Source: Deferrisomatales bacterium
GTDB lineage: Bacteria; Desulfobacterota; Deferrisomatia; Deferrisomatales; JACRMM01
Direction: 5' to 3'
Assembly: GCA_033551855.1 (NCBI GenBank)
Contig: JAWSUI010000055.1
Span: 1-24,487, forward strand
Length of the DNA stretch: 24,487 nt
Under the pieces are notes generated by a model that searched no databases, had not been told where the DNA came from, and was given only the letters and a program-made list of their open reading frames with translations. The translations under genes were made by a program, and so were the position numbers. How positions within the stretch are numbered: the stretch's first letter is position 1; every line of letters begins with the position of its first letter. Shown here piece by piece: positions 23,866-24,487 of this stretch.

Positions 23866-24487
23866 ATGAGGAGTTTCGCCCGCCGTTGGACCGTCGCCGC
23901 CGGCCTGGCCCTGCTGGCCGTCCTGCTGAGCGCCGGGGTGGCCGCCGCGCTCACGGCGGATGCCGGCGGGGACCAGACGGTGAACGAGGGGGACCTGGTC
24001 ACCCTGGACGGGAGAGGGTCGACGCAGTCGGAGGGGAGACCCATCCTGAGCTATGCGTGGGCGCAGGTAGACGACGACGGTCCCACGGTGGAGCTCACCG
24101 GGGCAAATATGCCCGTCGCGACCTTCACGGCCCCGGAGGTGGATGCCGAAGGGGCAGTGCTGGAGTTCGAGCTCACGGTGACCGACGACCTGGGCGATTC
24201 AGACACGGACTCGGTCACCATCACGGTGACCAACGTCGATCGGCCGCCCGTGCTCGCGCCCATCGGCAACCGAACCGTTCCCGAAGGGCAGTTGCTGAGC
24301 TTCACCGTCAGTGCCTCCGACCCCGACGGCGACTCCGTGACGATCACCACGTCGGCACTCCCAACCGGTGCGACCTTCGACGGGACGACTTTCAACTGGA
24401 CGCCGGGCTTCGACCAGGCGGGCAGCTACCAGGTGACCTTCACGGCCACGGCCAACGGGCTCACCGACAGCGAGACGATCACCATCA
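23866..24487 (+). CDS. Secreted PKD/Ig-like repeat surface protein (5' partial, runs off the window)
   Basis: Not in the ORF track because it has no stop; MRSFARRWTVAAGLALLAVLLSAGVAAA signal, then ADAGGDQTVNEGDLVTLDG..SYAWAQV..FELTVTD (PKD-like) and PVLAPIGNRTVPEG..ASDPDGD..LPTGATF..FNWTP (Ig/cadherin-like); AAGGA RBS; alternative in-frame ATG at 23848. Confidence 0.85.
   Translation, partial: MRSFARRWTVAAGLALLAVLLSAGVAAALTADAGGDQTVNEGDLVTLDGRGSTQSEGRPILSYAWAQVDDDGPTVELTGANMPVATFTAPEVDAEGAVLEFELTVTDDLGDSDTDSVTITVTNVDRPPVLAPIGNRTVPEGQLLSFTVSASDPDGDSVTITTSALPTGATFDGTTFNWTPGFDQAGSYQVTFTATANGLTDSETITI

Overview
High-GC bacterial window (gene content suggests Desulfobacterota/'deltaproteobacterial' origin; this is inference) carrying a Wzx/Wzy-type exopolysaccharide locus of the kind usually linked to PEP-CTERM/exosortase systems. 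On the minus strand, right to left: short non-lipoprotein OPX (Wza-like), outer-membrane beta-barrel, polysaccharide co-polymerase, BY-kinase, ExeA-like ATPase; then a SAM methyltransferase, GT-C glycosyltransferase, heparinase II/III-family protein, YPETTGY-motif protein, Wzx, GT4, Wzy/O-antigen-ligase-family protein and a CapK/phenylacetate-CoA-ligase-family protein. On the plus strand: a small secreted protein with a PEP-CTERM-like APDP+TM motif, an extended WecA/MraY-family transferase, and the start of a PKD/Ig-repeat surface protein that runs off the window. The most notable non-coding signal is five correctly spaced sigma-54 (-24/-12) promoters plus four copies of a shared 17-bp box (nGRnAAAnRTTTnCCCA, followed by NNN-TGGG in three copies), suggesting one enhancer-binding protein controls the locus. 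Intergenic regions also hold several repeat families: a ~95-115 bp element in three copies, 7-mer, 6-mer and 9-mer arrays, and REP-like palindromes. Two AT-richer segments look recently acquired. No exosortase, rRNA, tRNA, CRISPR array or transposase was seen. All assignments come from reading motifs by eye; no searches were run.
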